Assembly (NCBI GenBank): GCA_951406725.2
Contig: OX597814.1
Span: 179,242,001 to 179,306,000, forward strand
Origin: Octopus vulgaris
Lineage: Eukaryota
Direction of reading: 5' to 3'
Length of the DNA stretch: 64,000 nucleotides
The notes below the pieces were generated by a model, which was not told the DNA's origin, ran no database searches, and saw nothing but the letters and a program-made list of their open reading frames with translations. Made by a program: the position numbers and the translations under genes. Position 1 is the first letter of the stretch. Each line of letters opens with the position of its first letter. Shown one piece after another: positions 13,584-27,450 of the stretch.

Positions 13584-14116
13584 TACATAAACGCGCGCAC
13601 ACATATAGCTTGTATTATACTACATCATATTTTCATAACAACCTTTATATTTTCGGGATTTGCAAAAGAAAAGCTGTTGATGATACTAAAAATATGTTTC
13701 AAAACATAAATTCTATTATTCACGTGCCTATATAATTACAAAGGAAATGTTATTCTTTTTTCTGCTACACGATTCTATTCACTTAATTTTTAAACCTTTT
13801 TTCAAGATTGAAAATATGAGTTCTTCATTACTTTTGGAAAATATATGTATTAAAAACATTTGGAAACGAAGATTTCAAAGAATTTTCAATTATTAACTGT
13901 TAACACTTAAGCTCTACAAGATCTTTTTTAGTGCCAGTTAGGGAAACAGAAAGAGTTTTAATTGTTTTTGTAAACGGTACATTTTTTCACCAAGTCATTC
14001 CTCCAGATTTTCTAACCATCATTTGGTTAAAGTCTATTAACAGTTTCCAATCTTTTAGGTGTAAAGAACATTTACAGATGAACAGCTCCAATTACACCAG
14101 GTATCTTTCGACATAT

Positions 14117-14124
14117 TCTCTCTC

Positions 14125-14199
<75 letters not shown>
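14117..14199. repeat. (CT)n microsatellite
   Basis: Directly visible. Confidence 0.95.
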
Positions 14200-14202
<3 letters not shown>

Positions 14203-17144
14203 AGTTCTGAAACCAAGCTATCATAAATGTAAAATACTATTGAATTGTTCACTATAGAAAAGTGGTTGAGGATTATACAATTAGATTTATATTCCATATC
14301 CATAATCATCGCCACATTTGCGCTTTCATTTTTCGCGTTTGCAGATAATTTTCACACAGTTAAATCCTCGGCATTTTTCTAAATTTCTGAAAAAAATGCA
14401 CCGCATATCTTGAAAATATCCAGGCAAGGATACTTACAGTGCAAAGACGTTATTCAGTCAGGGTAAGAATATTATAAAGAAACACTGGTGATTTTAAAAT
14501 GCTCTATTCTACAGTAGGACAACTATAACATATTTCCAACTTCATTATGTAGACATTGTCAATTCATATGTTATATGCCTCGCTTTCTCCTAATTCTTAT
14601 TATTTAAGACAACTAATCTTGTTTTATTGCAAGAAAGCTGTACAATAGCACTTTTATTTATCGGCATGAGATCATTTCCTATGATTAGATATTGTATTCA
14701 CAATGGACATATGGGCACTGCAATCATACTAGGCCTCAAATAAGAAATACCGTTGCTAACTTTCGCAGTACACACCAGCACATATTGAAAGACAATGCAT
14801 TAAGTGCGCAAATCATGGAATGCAGTCTGCAAATTCATATAGCGTTATAATACACAGATGTAAGCTACCATTCATCCATCTTCTACTGTCGCTAATATAA
14901 CGTTGGCCTCGGCCATCTTTTACATCAATGCAGGTTAATTTTAAGTCGAGTAACCTTTGCACGAGATCCTAAGAATATCCTAATATTTGCCAGTATATTT
15001 CAGCTGGCCTTGACGGCAAAACAGCGAAAGGCCACGCTCAGTTTGATATAAGTGGAGTATAATCCAATTAATCTAAACAGCATTTCTATAGTTATACATT
15101 GCAGATAATGTGATCCAGTATGTTATTCAGGATACAAACCGATTCGTGATTGTTTCACATTGTTTTCCATAGGCATCAGTTACATATTGTTTGCATAAGC
15201 ATTTATATACACAATAATTTGTAAGGCGTAATATGAATAGGTGAGAGACCAACAGCGTCCTCCATAACTCAAAGTAAAACTGCTGTTTTAAAAATCTTAC
15301 AACAATCAGCCAAAGAGATTTTCAGATGAATGCACTTAGAAATTATTTATGCTGGTTTATTAGCTGAACTTTAAGATTTTCTGTTAAAGAACAATCTAAG
15401 AAATAATTCTCATGCGTATCTTTCTGAAACTGAATTTGGTGCATGCTACCTTACGAGTAATTTCAAGACATATTTTGTCTTCATCTAAACCGTTATTTTA
15501 TCATAGGACATATTATCTGTCAGGGTCTGGTGAAATATTTGAATGACCAATGTATATGGATTAGCAAGCACCAGAAGGGACCATGGAGGGCTTTTACCGT
15601 AATTCCCCAAAATTTGTATTTCACCAGGGAATACAATATAAATATTTTTCTGAATCGATGTGAATATGGAAAGTACATATATAAGACACTAATATATGCA
15701 TAAATATATAGATAAATGTGAGAACGGGATGGTAATATCTGAACGCATACAAAGAACTCAATTGTAATTTTTTTACTAATTTCCAGATAGTTACATATTA
15801 ACACTTGTTAAATGTTTTAATCGTCATGTACAAAGAAGGGCCTTTGGAAAGGGAAGGGGTGTGATGCAATCCTCCTGAACAATTCAAATAAGTTTAATAG
15901 GTGTTGCATTTGGCCTATAATTCCAATAACATCTTTATATGAGCACATAATAGAAGACATCAGCATAGGCGCGGTAAATTATATTTAACATTCCTTTCCT
16001 CATACAGTTTCCTGAGTTAAAAATCAAATGGAAGTTATTCAAATATCTAGAAAATGTGACAAATATCAATTAACAAACCGTGAAGTAATTGATTTTTATT
16101 AGCGAGTATATTGTAACTGTCCCCAGCCCAATAAACAAAGAAACCTGCAATCCCTTCCTATCAAAAACAATATATTTGATATTAGCATTTTTTACGCTGA
16201 CCAGGTCAATATTTTCCCATCACCGAATTTAAATAAAAGGCCTGTAAATAAAAAAAACTGGACTTACATGGCTCGATGGTAAGATCATATATGACATTGA
16301 CGGAGAAGAAATTACGATACACATGTTTAATGGGTTTTTTCCTTACGCAGTATCGTAATGTGATATATATAATATTTTACTGTATCTCTCTCTGCCTAAG
16401 TGCTGGTGCCAATACATTTCTTTGATGATATAATTAAATATAGACGAAAAGAATATGATTTATCTAACATAGGTGTGTATATATAGATTTATCTGCTTTT
16501 AGTATGAGAGTGATATAAAACTAAAGAAGATTCAACACGCATCTTCTTCAGAAGTTTTTTTTTATTTTTATTCGACCTGAACAAAGGTCTGAATGCATTA
16601 CATAGTTTTACACAGTGCTACATAGAATTGTTCATGCGTAAGTAAATTATTTGGAAATAAGAGGTTTATCAGTGAACATTTTTTATTGTCATCGTAAAAG
16701 TTACTTTCGCTACCATTCACATAGAAGCGCGTAACATGAAAGTCAGTGTGGTGTGAAAATATCTCACTTGATTTCGTGATACAGTGATATGTTGTCCATA
16801 ACACTCACCTAATTTTGTAATATCACTTTCAATCATGTGCTCATATAAAGAGGTTATTGGTATATTAGGCCAAATGCAACACGTGTTAACCTTATTTGAA
16901 TTGTTCTGGACCATTACTTCACACACCTTCCCTTTCCAAAGGTCATTTTTGCACACGGTGATTAAAGCATTTAACAATAGTTAATTATTTTACTTCACTA
17001 TCTATTAGTAGTTAACACTTAAATTATGTATCGTATTTGCTGTGAGAGGAATACCGTTAAACGCTTTTATTTTTTGGTTCTTGATTTTTGAGAAAAGAGA
17101 AGACGTTCACCAAAACAAAGTTATGACATCATACGGTATGAAAG

Positions 17145-17580
17145 ATTCTTTTCTACTCTAGGCACAAGACTCGAAATTATTGCGGGAGGGGGCGAGTCGA
17201 TTACGTCGACCACAATACGCAACTGGTACTTAATTTATCGACCTCCTAAAGGATGAAAAGCAAAGTCAACCTCAGCGGAATTTGAACTCAGAACGTAAAG
17301 ACAGAGGAAATACTGCTAGGCATTTCGCCAGGCGTGCTAACGTTTCTTATTTTTTTATTGCCCACAAGTGGTTACACATACAGGGGACAAACAAGGCCAG
17401 ACAAACGGATTAAATCGATTATATCGACCCCAGTGCGTGACTGGTACTTATTTAATCGACCTCGAAAGGATGAAAGGCAAAGTCGACCTCGGCGAAATTT
17501 GAACTCAGAACGTAGCGGCAGACGAAATGCCGCTAAGCATTTCGCCCGGCGAGCTAACGTTTCTACCAGCTCGCCGCCTT
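17145..17580 (-). mobile_element. SINE family A nested dimer
   Basis: A full head AAGGCGGCGAGCTGG ends at ~17580. Its long tail runs into a second copy at AGAAACGTTAGC (~17345). Confidence 0.88.
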
Positions 17581-18273
17581 ATAAGGTATTAAAGATTTTT
17601 AGTATGATAGAATATCCTATACCATAAATAATTACACACAAACAGTATTTTAGTAACATACAGTAGTTCTTTATTATTATTTTTTTGTCAGAATTTAAGA
17701 TATGACACTAATAATTTAAACTCTTTATGTGTGCCTTACATTTGCTGAACATTATAAAGTTGACATTAAACATTGTGCAAAATAAAATGGGAATAAAATA
17801 ATTACCTTTTTCAACATCCCATTTAATTTAATGGGGTGTTAACATTGTAGGGTCTATAGCATAATGGTAATTATCTCATTCTTTTAGCATATCTTATTTA
17901 TGAGGAAAATAATGAAGGATAATTATTGTAAAACGAGTTTAATCTCGTAATTATTGTAAAACGAGTTTAATCGAGAAACAGCAAAATAGAGTAGCAAGCT
18001 TATTAATTAGTAATCGAAAATAATAATGCCTTCCCATTTACCCTTACCGTTCAATTTGATAACTGAAATTTGTTTAATCTATATGTATCGGGTCTCGGAA
18101 TAGTCTGAATATTTTATCAACTCTAAGCACGCGGTCGTTCATAAAACATGAAAGTTACATAGGAGTAGAATAGAGCATGTGGGAAATAACTGAGTCAAAA
18201 CTGATAGCTTGCACGGATGTTGTGTGGAGCCTTGGGTTACATAAGGGCCATAAAATTATAATTCCTGCGCGTA

Positions 18274-18530
18274 AGGCGGCGAGCTGGCAGAATCGTTACC
18301 GCACCGGGCAAATGTTTTGCGGCATTTCAAAATCCGCCGAGGTCGAGTTTACCTACATCCTTTCTGGGTCGATAAATTAAGTACCAGTTGAGCACTGGGA
18401 TGATCGATAAAATACATACTAGTTGAGCACTAGGGTCGATAAAATAAGTACCAGTTGAGCACTGGGATCGATGCAATTGACTTACACTCTTTCTCGAAAT
18501 TGCTGGCCCTGTACCAAAAACTGAAGTCCT
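18274..18530 (+). mobile_element. SINE family A with an internally triplicated segment
   Basis: Head GGCGGCGAGCTGGCAGAATCG. AGTTGAGCACT occurs three times in 18385-18465. Confidence 0.8.
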
Positions 18531-19057
18531 TATTATACCTCTGGTAAGATAAATCTTGGAAACGTGAAGACCATAATATAATTACTTTCGATATTATAAT
18601 AGGCTGCTCAGACTCTGAAAAGCGTAAGTTTAGGTTGATTTGTATTGTCTTACATTTTGTTTGACTACTGGTTCTTATCACATGATAAATTATATGAGAC
18701 GCCGGCTAAATAACTTGCAGGATTTAAAACTCTTCCTTACCGTATATTATCTCAAATTCGTACATGCAGCTAGATGAATATCGCCAAACTCATACCAACT
18801 GGAAACCATTGAATTTATTACGCCGTTATAAATATGATTTAATTCCAGCATACTTGGTTTATCTGGATCACATACTGTATAGAAACTTACATAACATGTG
18901 TGTGTGCAAGCGTTAATGTATGTGATCTATTGTTGCTGTGCATTTTTGTTTTTTGTTTTTTAAATAACCAAGCATAGATATGTATTTACGTATTTAAGAG
19001 ACAGGCAAGCACAGTACATCTCTCGATTGTCAAATTCCTGTTGCTTCATATATGTAC

Positions 19058-19144
<87 letters not shown>

Positions 19145-20349
19145 ATAAATAATCTGATTGATATAAAGACACAATAATTATGATCTTCGTTAAAGTTACA
19201 CGCCCTTGAATTTAACATTTTCCAACAAAATTGAATAATAAATAATCTAGTGAATATCCGAAAATTTTATTTTTATATCATCCCTATAATTTACATAGGT
19301 AATTTTCATTTATTTCTTTAACTCTTTCCAGCAAAACCATTTAAAGTTGGAATGTTGCCAAAAGAGTGGTGGATTCACAAACGCGTTAGAATTGAGAAAA
19401 GTAAAAACAGACTATAGAGATCCATTTTAGACCTTGACTATGAGTATTAATCGTTTCCATTATAGCGAAAGGTCATTATATCCATGTGCACATCGAAGCG
19501 TTATATTTTATGTGACGTTGATAAGAACGAGTAACAGATGTCTTATAAAGTCACTCATGAAGAAAAGAACACTACGCTCGCAGTCCCTAGACTCTAGAAT
19601 ATTGAGGGCCAGGTAAATGCCGTTTTGGGAATTTTTGTCGAAATTCCATGCTCTAGTTTAACCTATGTCATTCGTGTTAAAGCAAACCGATGATTAAAGG
19701 TAATGCCATTTTAGTGGTATCTGAGTCTATACCATTTAACTTATAAGTCTATTTTTCCTTAAAGTTAGCGTGTGATTTTGGAGAGATAGATTTTCTGGCG
19801 ATTTCTATTACATATAGCCCATCTCGTATACGTATAAACTCATTGCATGAGAATTCGAAAATTTAGAGTTAAATATAAAATTGCTCTTATCTTTGTGTTA
19901 ATCTCCCAACAATAGTATAAAGTATGCTAGAAAGCTAACGGTTTTTCAGACACACTCACCTCCAAATTGATGTTTCATAAATACGGTATTATCAAATAAT
20001 ACATTGTATGGTGTGATCATTTCGCACCATGAGAAGCAGATTCTTTATTTACTGAAGATACTAAAATAACGAATCTATATTGAATAAGGAAATATAAAAA
20101 AAACAATACTTTATTAATTAAATTAGGCCACACTAAAAATTATTGATTTCTCCACGACGCATGTATAAGCTTCACGAGAAATTTAATATGTTGTTTGTCT
20201 GAATTATGATAATTTATGTTTTCATCGGTTTTTGGATTTTTCTTTTTAGCGTGGAGAAAAATTAATCTTGTTCTTATCGAAACATAAGTATTTTATGAAC
20301 CAATTAAAGCATGGCTGCTACTTTTGTTTTATCCTCATGACCAACAGTA

Positions 20350-20376
20350 TCATCGTCGTCATCATCATCGTCGTCG

Positions 20377-20413
<37 letters not shown>

Positions 20414-20445
20414 TCTTATTATTATTCGTATCATTATTATTATTG
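20350..20445. repeat. (CAT/CGT)n and (ATT)n microsatellite
   Basis: Directly visible. It gives the poly-His and poly-Ile ORFs. Confidence 0.95.
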
Positions 20446-20449
20446 TTTA

Positions 20450-21006
20450 AGGCGGCGAGCTGGCAGAATCGTTAGCACGCCGGGCGAAGTGCTTAGCAGT
20501 ATTTCATCTGCCGCTACGTTCTGAGTTCAAATTTCGCTGAGGTCGACTTTGCCTTTCATCCTTTCGGGGTCAATAAATTAAGTACCAGTTACGCACTGGG
20601 GTCGATGTAATCGACTTAATACCTATGTCTGTCCTTGTTTGTCCCCTCTATGTTTAGCCCCTTGTGGGTAATAAAGAAATAGGTATTTCGTCTGCTGCTA
20701 CGTTCTGAGTTCAAATTCCGCCGAGGTCGACTTTGCCTTTCATCCTTCCGACTTAATCTATTTGTCTGTCCTTCTTTGTCATCTCTGTGTTTAGCCCCTT
20801 GTGGGTAGTAAAGAAATAGGTATTTCGTCTGCTGCTACGTACTGAGTTCAAATTCCGCCAAAGTAGACTTTGCTTTTCACCGTTTCGGGGTCTATAAATT
20901 AAGTACCAGTTGAGTACTGGGGTCGATGTAATCCACTATCCCCTTCGCCCAAATTGTCGATGTAATCTACTATCCCCTTCGCCCAATAATAATTTCTATA
21001 GTAGAA

Positions 21007-21044
<38 letters not shown>

Positions 21045-21440
21045 GGCGGTGAGCAGGCAGAATGCTTAGCGGTATTTCGGCCGTCCTTAGGTTCTATGTT
21101 CAAACTCTGCCGAGTTTGACTTCTCCGTTCATCTTTTAGAGTTCGATAAAATAAAGTGGAGTTGAACACTGGGGTCGCTTTAATCGACTTCCCCCAACCA
21201 ATTTACTGTCATAGAGTCGGTGGGCTGGCAGAATCGTTACCACTCTGGGCGAAATACTTAGCAATATTTCGCCTGTCGCTAAATTTTGAGTTCGAATTCC
21301 GCTGAGGTTGACTTTGCATTTCATCCTTTCGGAGTCGATAAATTAAGTACCAGTGAATCACTGAGGTCTATATAATCGACTAGTATCCTCCCCACACAAA
21401 TATCAGGCCTTCTGCCTATTGTAGAAAGGAATATTATTAT
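20450..21440 (+). mobile_element. SINE family A array (trimer plus two further copies)
   Basis: A-box GAGCTGGCAGAATCG and B-box GAGTTCAAATT. Units join at AAAGAAATA|GGTATTTCG (~20682, ~20819), with (ATT)n tails. Confidence 0.9.
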
Positions 21441-21444
21441 TACT

Positions 21445-21610
21445 GAGTGAGATAAACCAGTTAAGACAATCTTTTGCACCTTCTGCAAGGACGGTAAGCC
21501 AGTGACCATTGTTAAATAATTATCAGTTCCTTTTTTTTTAATCACTCCAACTGCTCCTGCAATCATTGGTATTTTAACCCGTGCTGAGATACCATCTTTG
21601 CACCTACCAC
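21445..21610 (-). pseudogene. R4/Dong-like LINE 3' remnant
   Basis: IPMIAGAVGVI..GLPSLQKVQKIVLTG, part of the ORF at 21321-21623. Confidence 0.55.
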
Positions 21611-24600
21611 TGTGTGGTATCATTAAATGTTGTTAGGTAGTAGCCTATCCTATTCAACATTTGATTTTTAAGTATGATGAATGATCAACGCATTCAATCA
21701 GTGGCACAGGGGTACAAATATACAAAGTCCAATATACTCATCATGATTACCCGTTTGATAAGTGTACTCCAGGCACATTTATTTCACTCTCATGTGTGCG
21801 ACCTGGTGATTTCATATCAAGATAAACAGCGCATGACCTTGTAGGAACGGCTCAGTTAGAATTTTCTTCATGTCGAGTAGCCTATCCTATTCAACATGTC
21901 CCTGAATAAGGTACGTTTAAGTATGATGAATGAAACACCCACGTTTCCAGAGGTGAATTATTCAAATCCCAAAGAATTCCTCTAAGCACATGGGTATCAT
22001 ACTTCCTCACTACTCCTGCTCATGGTCAGAGATGCACACATTTTCAGCCACTATCAGTCATTATCAGCGGTCCATCTTATACAAATACGCTAATATTATC
22101 CTTACTTTTAATAAGTGTCAACGTATGAAATCATTACTGCTTTTGTTGTTGTAACTGCTGCTATCGGTCGTCGTCGTCAACTTCATCATCATTATCGTCA
22201 TCATCATAATTTTCATTATTCATTGTTTTAGAAATACATCTGGATATACCATTCGTCGAAAAAGAATTCGGTATGTTGAAGAGATTTATCTAATTCAAAA
22301 GAATGTCTTGAGCTAATAACGTTGTCTATGGTTAATGAACTTGTTCGAGGTTGACATTATGTTTAATGTTAGAAGTAGGTTCGATAGAATAATATGCATA
22401 GACTAATCCAGATTCAGCAACAATGTTCATGGTTAGCAAATATGCCAAACTTAAATAAAAAAAGAAAAAGAATTTCTCTTCAACAAACATGAGAGAAAGC
22501 TCTAAAAAGTTTAGAGATTGCTGGTGTTCTACGTTTGTGGAGTGCACCCATAACTTCTATCATAGGCAATTTTGCAATATTGTCACGTACACGGTTGTGT
22601 TCCACACCAGCTGAGACAATTTCAAATAAAATTTTGGATATATTACCTAGAACCATAAGGGTTTTAGATCGACATTTTGGTTGTATGAGCGACATTTTGG
22701 TTGCACAAGGGAGCGTATTAGCTCCCTTGTGCAGAGCATTATAGTCATTTGGTGTTGCTCTATATAATTAATATAGACATTTATCTTTTTTTTTTCTTTT
22801 TGTGCTAATACTATCTGGTGATCATTCTGCATGTTAAAGTTCCATAATACTTTTATATTGTTATTTTCTATGTCTGCAGTAAGGTCATAAGAATATCCGA
22901 AAATTTCACTTCCATATTTAGAGTAGCTTTGCTACAGAGTTTTATAGTGAATTGTATCTCCAACCATATTGGCATATTTCGAAAAATATTTCAAGAAGAA
23001 GAAGAATATTAACACCACCATTCGTGTTGGTGTTATTGCCCGAAGCATACTAAATTTTTATTAAAAGCTTGACTTATACTCTGGCGTAGTGCTAGACTAA
23101 GCCTACAATATGTCAACTTGTTTTCAAAATGATAGGTACTCTATTTAAGTAAGGTATGCATATTATTTCTAGTAGATTATGCTGCCTCGTATACAAGTTT
23201 TCATTACTCATTATTAAAGGATGCAGAGTAGAAAAACCAATCGTTAAAAACGGCTTTTTGGCTTTGATTCCCTAAATTTCACTTCCGAATTTATATCTGG
23301 GAAGACAGTTAATGATAATGAAGGTTATGCAATTCACTATATATTATTGCAATAACTTTGAGAACTCACGCAATCCGCTATGCCTTTATAGGCAGGCGTA
23401 CATCAGATACATCACGAATAAATTCGAGTCCCGTCTGTGAGTTAAGCTCATTGCTATATTTAAAGTAAAACGCACTATTCACCAAGTATATTTTCTTTAC
23501 CCTTAAAAATCAATTTTCCATTAATAGCATATATGAAAACTAGGTCATTGGATTCGATTGTACAAACATACACAGCAATAACCAACGTTAATTCCTTTAA
23601 CGCTACATGGGCCTTTGTAGGGTAAAATCAAAGGTTTGTGTTTATCTTCATATAACATATATGCATAACGTATGCGATGGGTCAACAAACTCGACCCATC
23701 ATGAGATCAAAGGAGCTGAGAATGTCTTCTTCAGTGCGTTTAATTACAATAGAAGAAGTAAATTGCGATATTTATTGCACTAATGCTTGGAATAAGTAAA
23801 TATTTATCCTTTGTTGTATTCTTATATAAAGACACAATAGCTGTCGAGTATTTTCTTATTTGAGCTTCAGCGTATATATTCATTTTAATATAATAAATAA
23901 TACTTTGCAAAAAAATGTACTGCGTTAGGAAATAAATGTGAAGATAGTAAAGACAACGGTATTCAATTACTAACATGGTATTTAATACTCCTCTTGTGTT
24001 TCGACTGCACGTGAAAATCCATTCTAGAAGTTGACTGCTGCAACCATGACAGTAGAATTTATCGATTTATATTCGCTTCCTTCATTCGATTCATTCGAAA
24101 CAATATATTACAGAATAGTATACAATATTATTGCCATGCTGTTGTTTTGTTGGTATATTTTTTCAAGATTTCTTATTAACGCATCTATAATGCACCTATT
24201 CGTTTAAAATGACATAAAGCAATACATCTATATATAAAATGAAAACAACGTAAAAAAATATAAGGCGAAAGAGTGAGTTATTTCTTGCCAATTTAATATG
24301 TTGACGTTCTCACCATGGGAAAAATGAAAGCGCGTTCCCTACCACTGAACATCTCATACTCGTCTAATAAAGGAATCTAACTTGCAGTGGCACAAACCAT
24401 ATATTTCTAAATATGTAGAAGAAGAAAATATGTGTCTTACTACTTCGGAAAAATGTGTAAAATGTACAGTACATTTCATATACTTTCAGAAGTCGTCTCA
24501 GTATTCTCTGTAAAGAAGATGTGGTCACGAAAATAACTATTTATAAATACTACACCACCGGAAGTATGCAATAACGATGTTGTATCAATGCTAAGCAATG

Positions 24601-25254
24601 ATAGGGCAGACATCACTCATTACGTTTTTAAACACTTGTTTAATTTACTATGTCCTTACAGGTCTACGAAGAGATTAATTCGATATTCGTAATCGATGAC
24701 ATACCATGCCGCAGAAACGGGTCCAACTCATATTCGAATGACATCATTCATAGCCCAATATTTTCACGCATATGAAGAGATTTTCAGGGCTATATCCGCA
24801 CCGGAAAGTCTTCACAAGTCCGAGAGTACATAACAGTGTTAAATATGATTGTTACGGTTATATTTTATCCAGTGCTACTTAGACCTCCACTAGATATTTC
24901 TTTATCGCATAACTAAGCTTTTTGCACATCAGAAAATGTACTATTTGATGTTCATAGGGTTGCGAAGTACAAATTCACTACTCGTAGCTGACAATGCATA
25001 CTGATGCAGCAACATGAGACATAAAATCTGATTACATTATTCACCAGTCAATCTATTTTACGCATATTTTCTGTGAAAATTCTTCCTAATGACTATTTTC
25101 CAAACAATAGTTCTTCGCAAATTCGAGAGCACACATACGTGTTAAATATGACTGTGCATGATTGTGCATATCATTCAACGCTGAATGAGGGCACCACATT
25201 TGAAGAATTCAGTCCCCAACACACATCAGCATCTGGTTCACAAGTAAATCTTTA

Positions 25255-25401
<147 letters not shown>

Positions 25402-25415
25402 GGATGGATGGATGG

Positions 25416-25559
25416 TAATGCAGTACGATCGATTCATGCAACGCCATTTAATTGAACAATGCAATCATTACATCAGTAATGATTGCATTGTTCAGGTAAA
25501 TGGCGTTGCATGAAACGATCGTACTGCATTATCTCTGGATGTCCTTGTTGCTTATTTTG

Positions 25560-25563
<4 letters not shown>
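25416..25563. repeat. Fold-back palindrome (~56-bp arms, 4-nt loop) of the PLE-LTR/HHR family seen at 7880-7999
   Basis: 25416-25471 is the reverse complement of 25476-25531. The right arm plus 25532-25563 matches the reverse complement of 7880-7968. Confidence 0.88.
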
Positions 25564-25632
<69 letters not shown>

Positions 25633-25886
25633 GGGGCAGGGGACATTATTCAAAGCAGTTTGATTCGATTCCGAGCTACTTCAAGATTCGAAGCCAGCCA
25701 GGGGACATAGGTTCCGTTAGAGACTTCAAAACTTGAAGTAACACGGAATCAGAATCAAACTGTTTTAGATAATACATGTAGGTCTCAATAAATATGATGT
25801 GTGTCCTTTTCTTCTTTTGTCTACTCACTCACACACACACACACCCATATACATGCACACACCTATACACACACATACTCACACGC

Positions 25887-25943
<57 letters not shown>

Positions 25944-27089
25944 ATACATGCAGAGAAAGCATAACAATGCAGAAATGTATGCGTCTTACGGTCCTGTGAA
26001 CTTAATCATAGACCTGGTGTGTACTTCCAGACGTTGTCAATCACTAGAATTTCCTTCAGAGCCAATTTAATCATCGACTGTGTTTCTAAGTCCGAGTGCA
26101 TATACCTATAAATGTATATATACATTTATAGGTATTTGTGTGAGTATATTTATGAGAGTTGTATAGTGTGAATGTGTGTTGCGTTCAGTAAAGATTATAT
26201 TCACTTGCACAGTTAATGATGTGAATGGTCTTCTTTAAGCATTTGAAACCAGCTCGCTTATTCATTATTCCACTGCAGTCAATGTAGGTTTTCTTTATTC
26301 TTTTCTTTACTTTTTTCTTCAACTTTTTAAAATCTTTGGTCTTTTAAAAAGTCTTCATCGCCAAGGCATTATATTTTAGGAAATCCAAATGGCTTTCTCC
26401 CAGTGTACAATTTTCTTTTGGAAGAAAATGGCTTCTTTCGTAAAATAATCCACGCTGTGTTTCAGCTCTCCAGGAGCCTACCTATTCTTGTTGCATTGTT
26501 CTTGGTGGAATTTGAGGAATTTTTTGTAATGCATAAATTTTCTGCGTATCTAAACATAACTTGCAATGTATATATACGTTGTAAAAATACTACGTGAAGT
26601 GCATAATTATTTTCACAAAAATTATTACTTAAAAATACATGAAACATTCCCAAACTTTATGTTCTAATGAAAGTTCAAATACGAGAGCTAAACAAAGGAC
26701 TATATTTAAATCTAATTATATGCTGTAATTGTAGCTGAAAAACCGGTAAAATTTTCATGATTAGAAGAAAAGATAAATAAATTTGAAACAATAACAAGAA
26801 GAATATCTGTTGAAAACTATTCATTTATGCATTTACTGTTTTCGTCCTTGTGCGCTGTGGTGATGCAGGAGCATCACCTTCAAGAGTCATTTACACTGGC
26901 TCTGATTCTTATTTTATTGAATAGCGTTTAACCTATTGACATGGGAAGGATGACATCTTAAGGGAGATAACCTATACCACAATATACTTTTCCTTTCTGC
27001 ACTCACCTGCAGATCTTTATAGATTCTATGCAGATTCTGAATAAAAAACCAGGAAACAGAGAATGCGAATGAATATGCATGTAGTATTC

Positions 27090-27450
27090 GTGGCACCGAA
27101 AGCGATGGAAATGTCGATGATGGGATTTTCGCTAAGAGATCACATCCGAAACGAGGGGATGAGTGTTAGAGCTGGAGTGAAGGACATCGTTGCAGAATAC
27201 CACCACGCAAAGCTTCGATGGGCCGGTCATGTCGCAAGGTTCACAGACGATTGATAGACCCGTACAATTGTCGAATGTTACCTATGCGAGTCAAAAAGAC
27301 CACGCAGAGACTTCCAGTCAGGTAGGAAGATGATTTAAGAAAAATATTTGGAGCAACGTGGAGGAGAATGGCGAGGGCACGAGGGAAATGAAGTGAATGC
27401 TGTGACCAGTACCAGACAGCCTGGCTGATCCATGTCATCCAGGTGATATT
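27090..27450 (+). pseudogene. RTE-clade LINE 3' fragment
   Basis: AMEMSMMGFSLRDHIRNE..KLRWAGHVAR, a typical RTE C-terminal motif. Confidence 0.8.

Noticed and set aside
15527-15627. 11-bp inverted repeat CTGGTGAAATA..TATTTCACCAG
   Set aside because: Short, no TSD, and compatible with chance.
22332-22744. Overlapping 69-71-aa ORFs with protein-like composition
   Set aside because: No motif recognised and no consistent splice sites.
24662-24775. Good acceptor TGTCCTTACAG|G followed by VYEEINSIF..SRI*
   Set aside because: An isolated 37-codon frame with no partner exons or homology. It needs RNA-seq.
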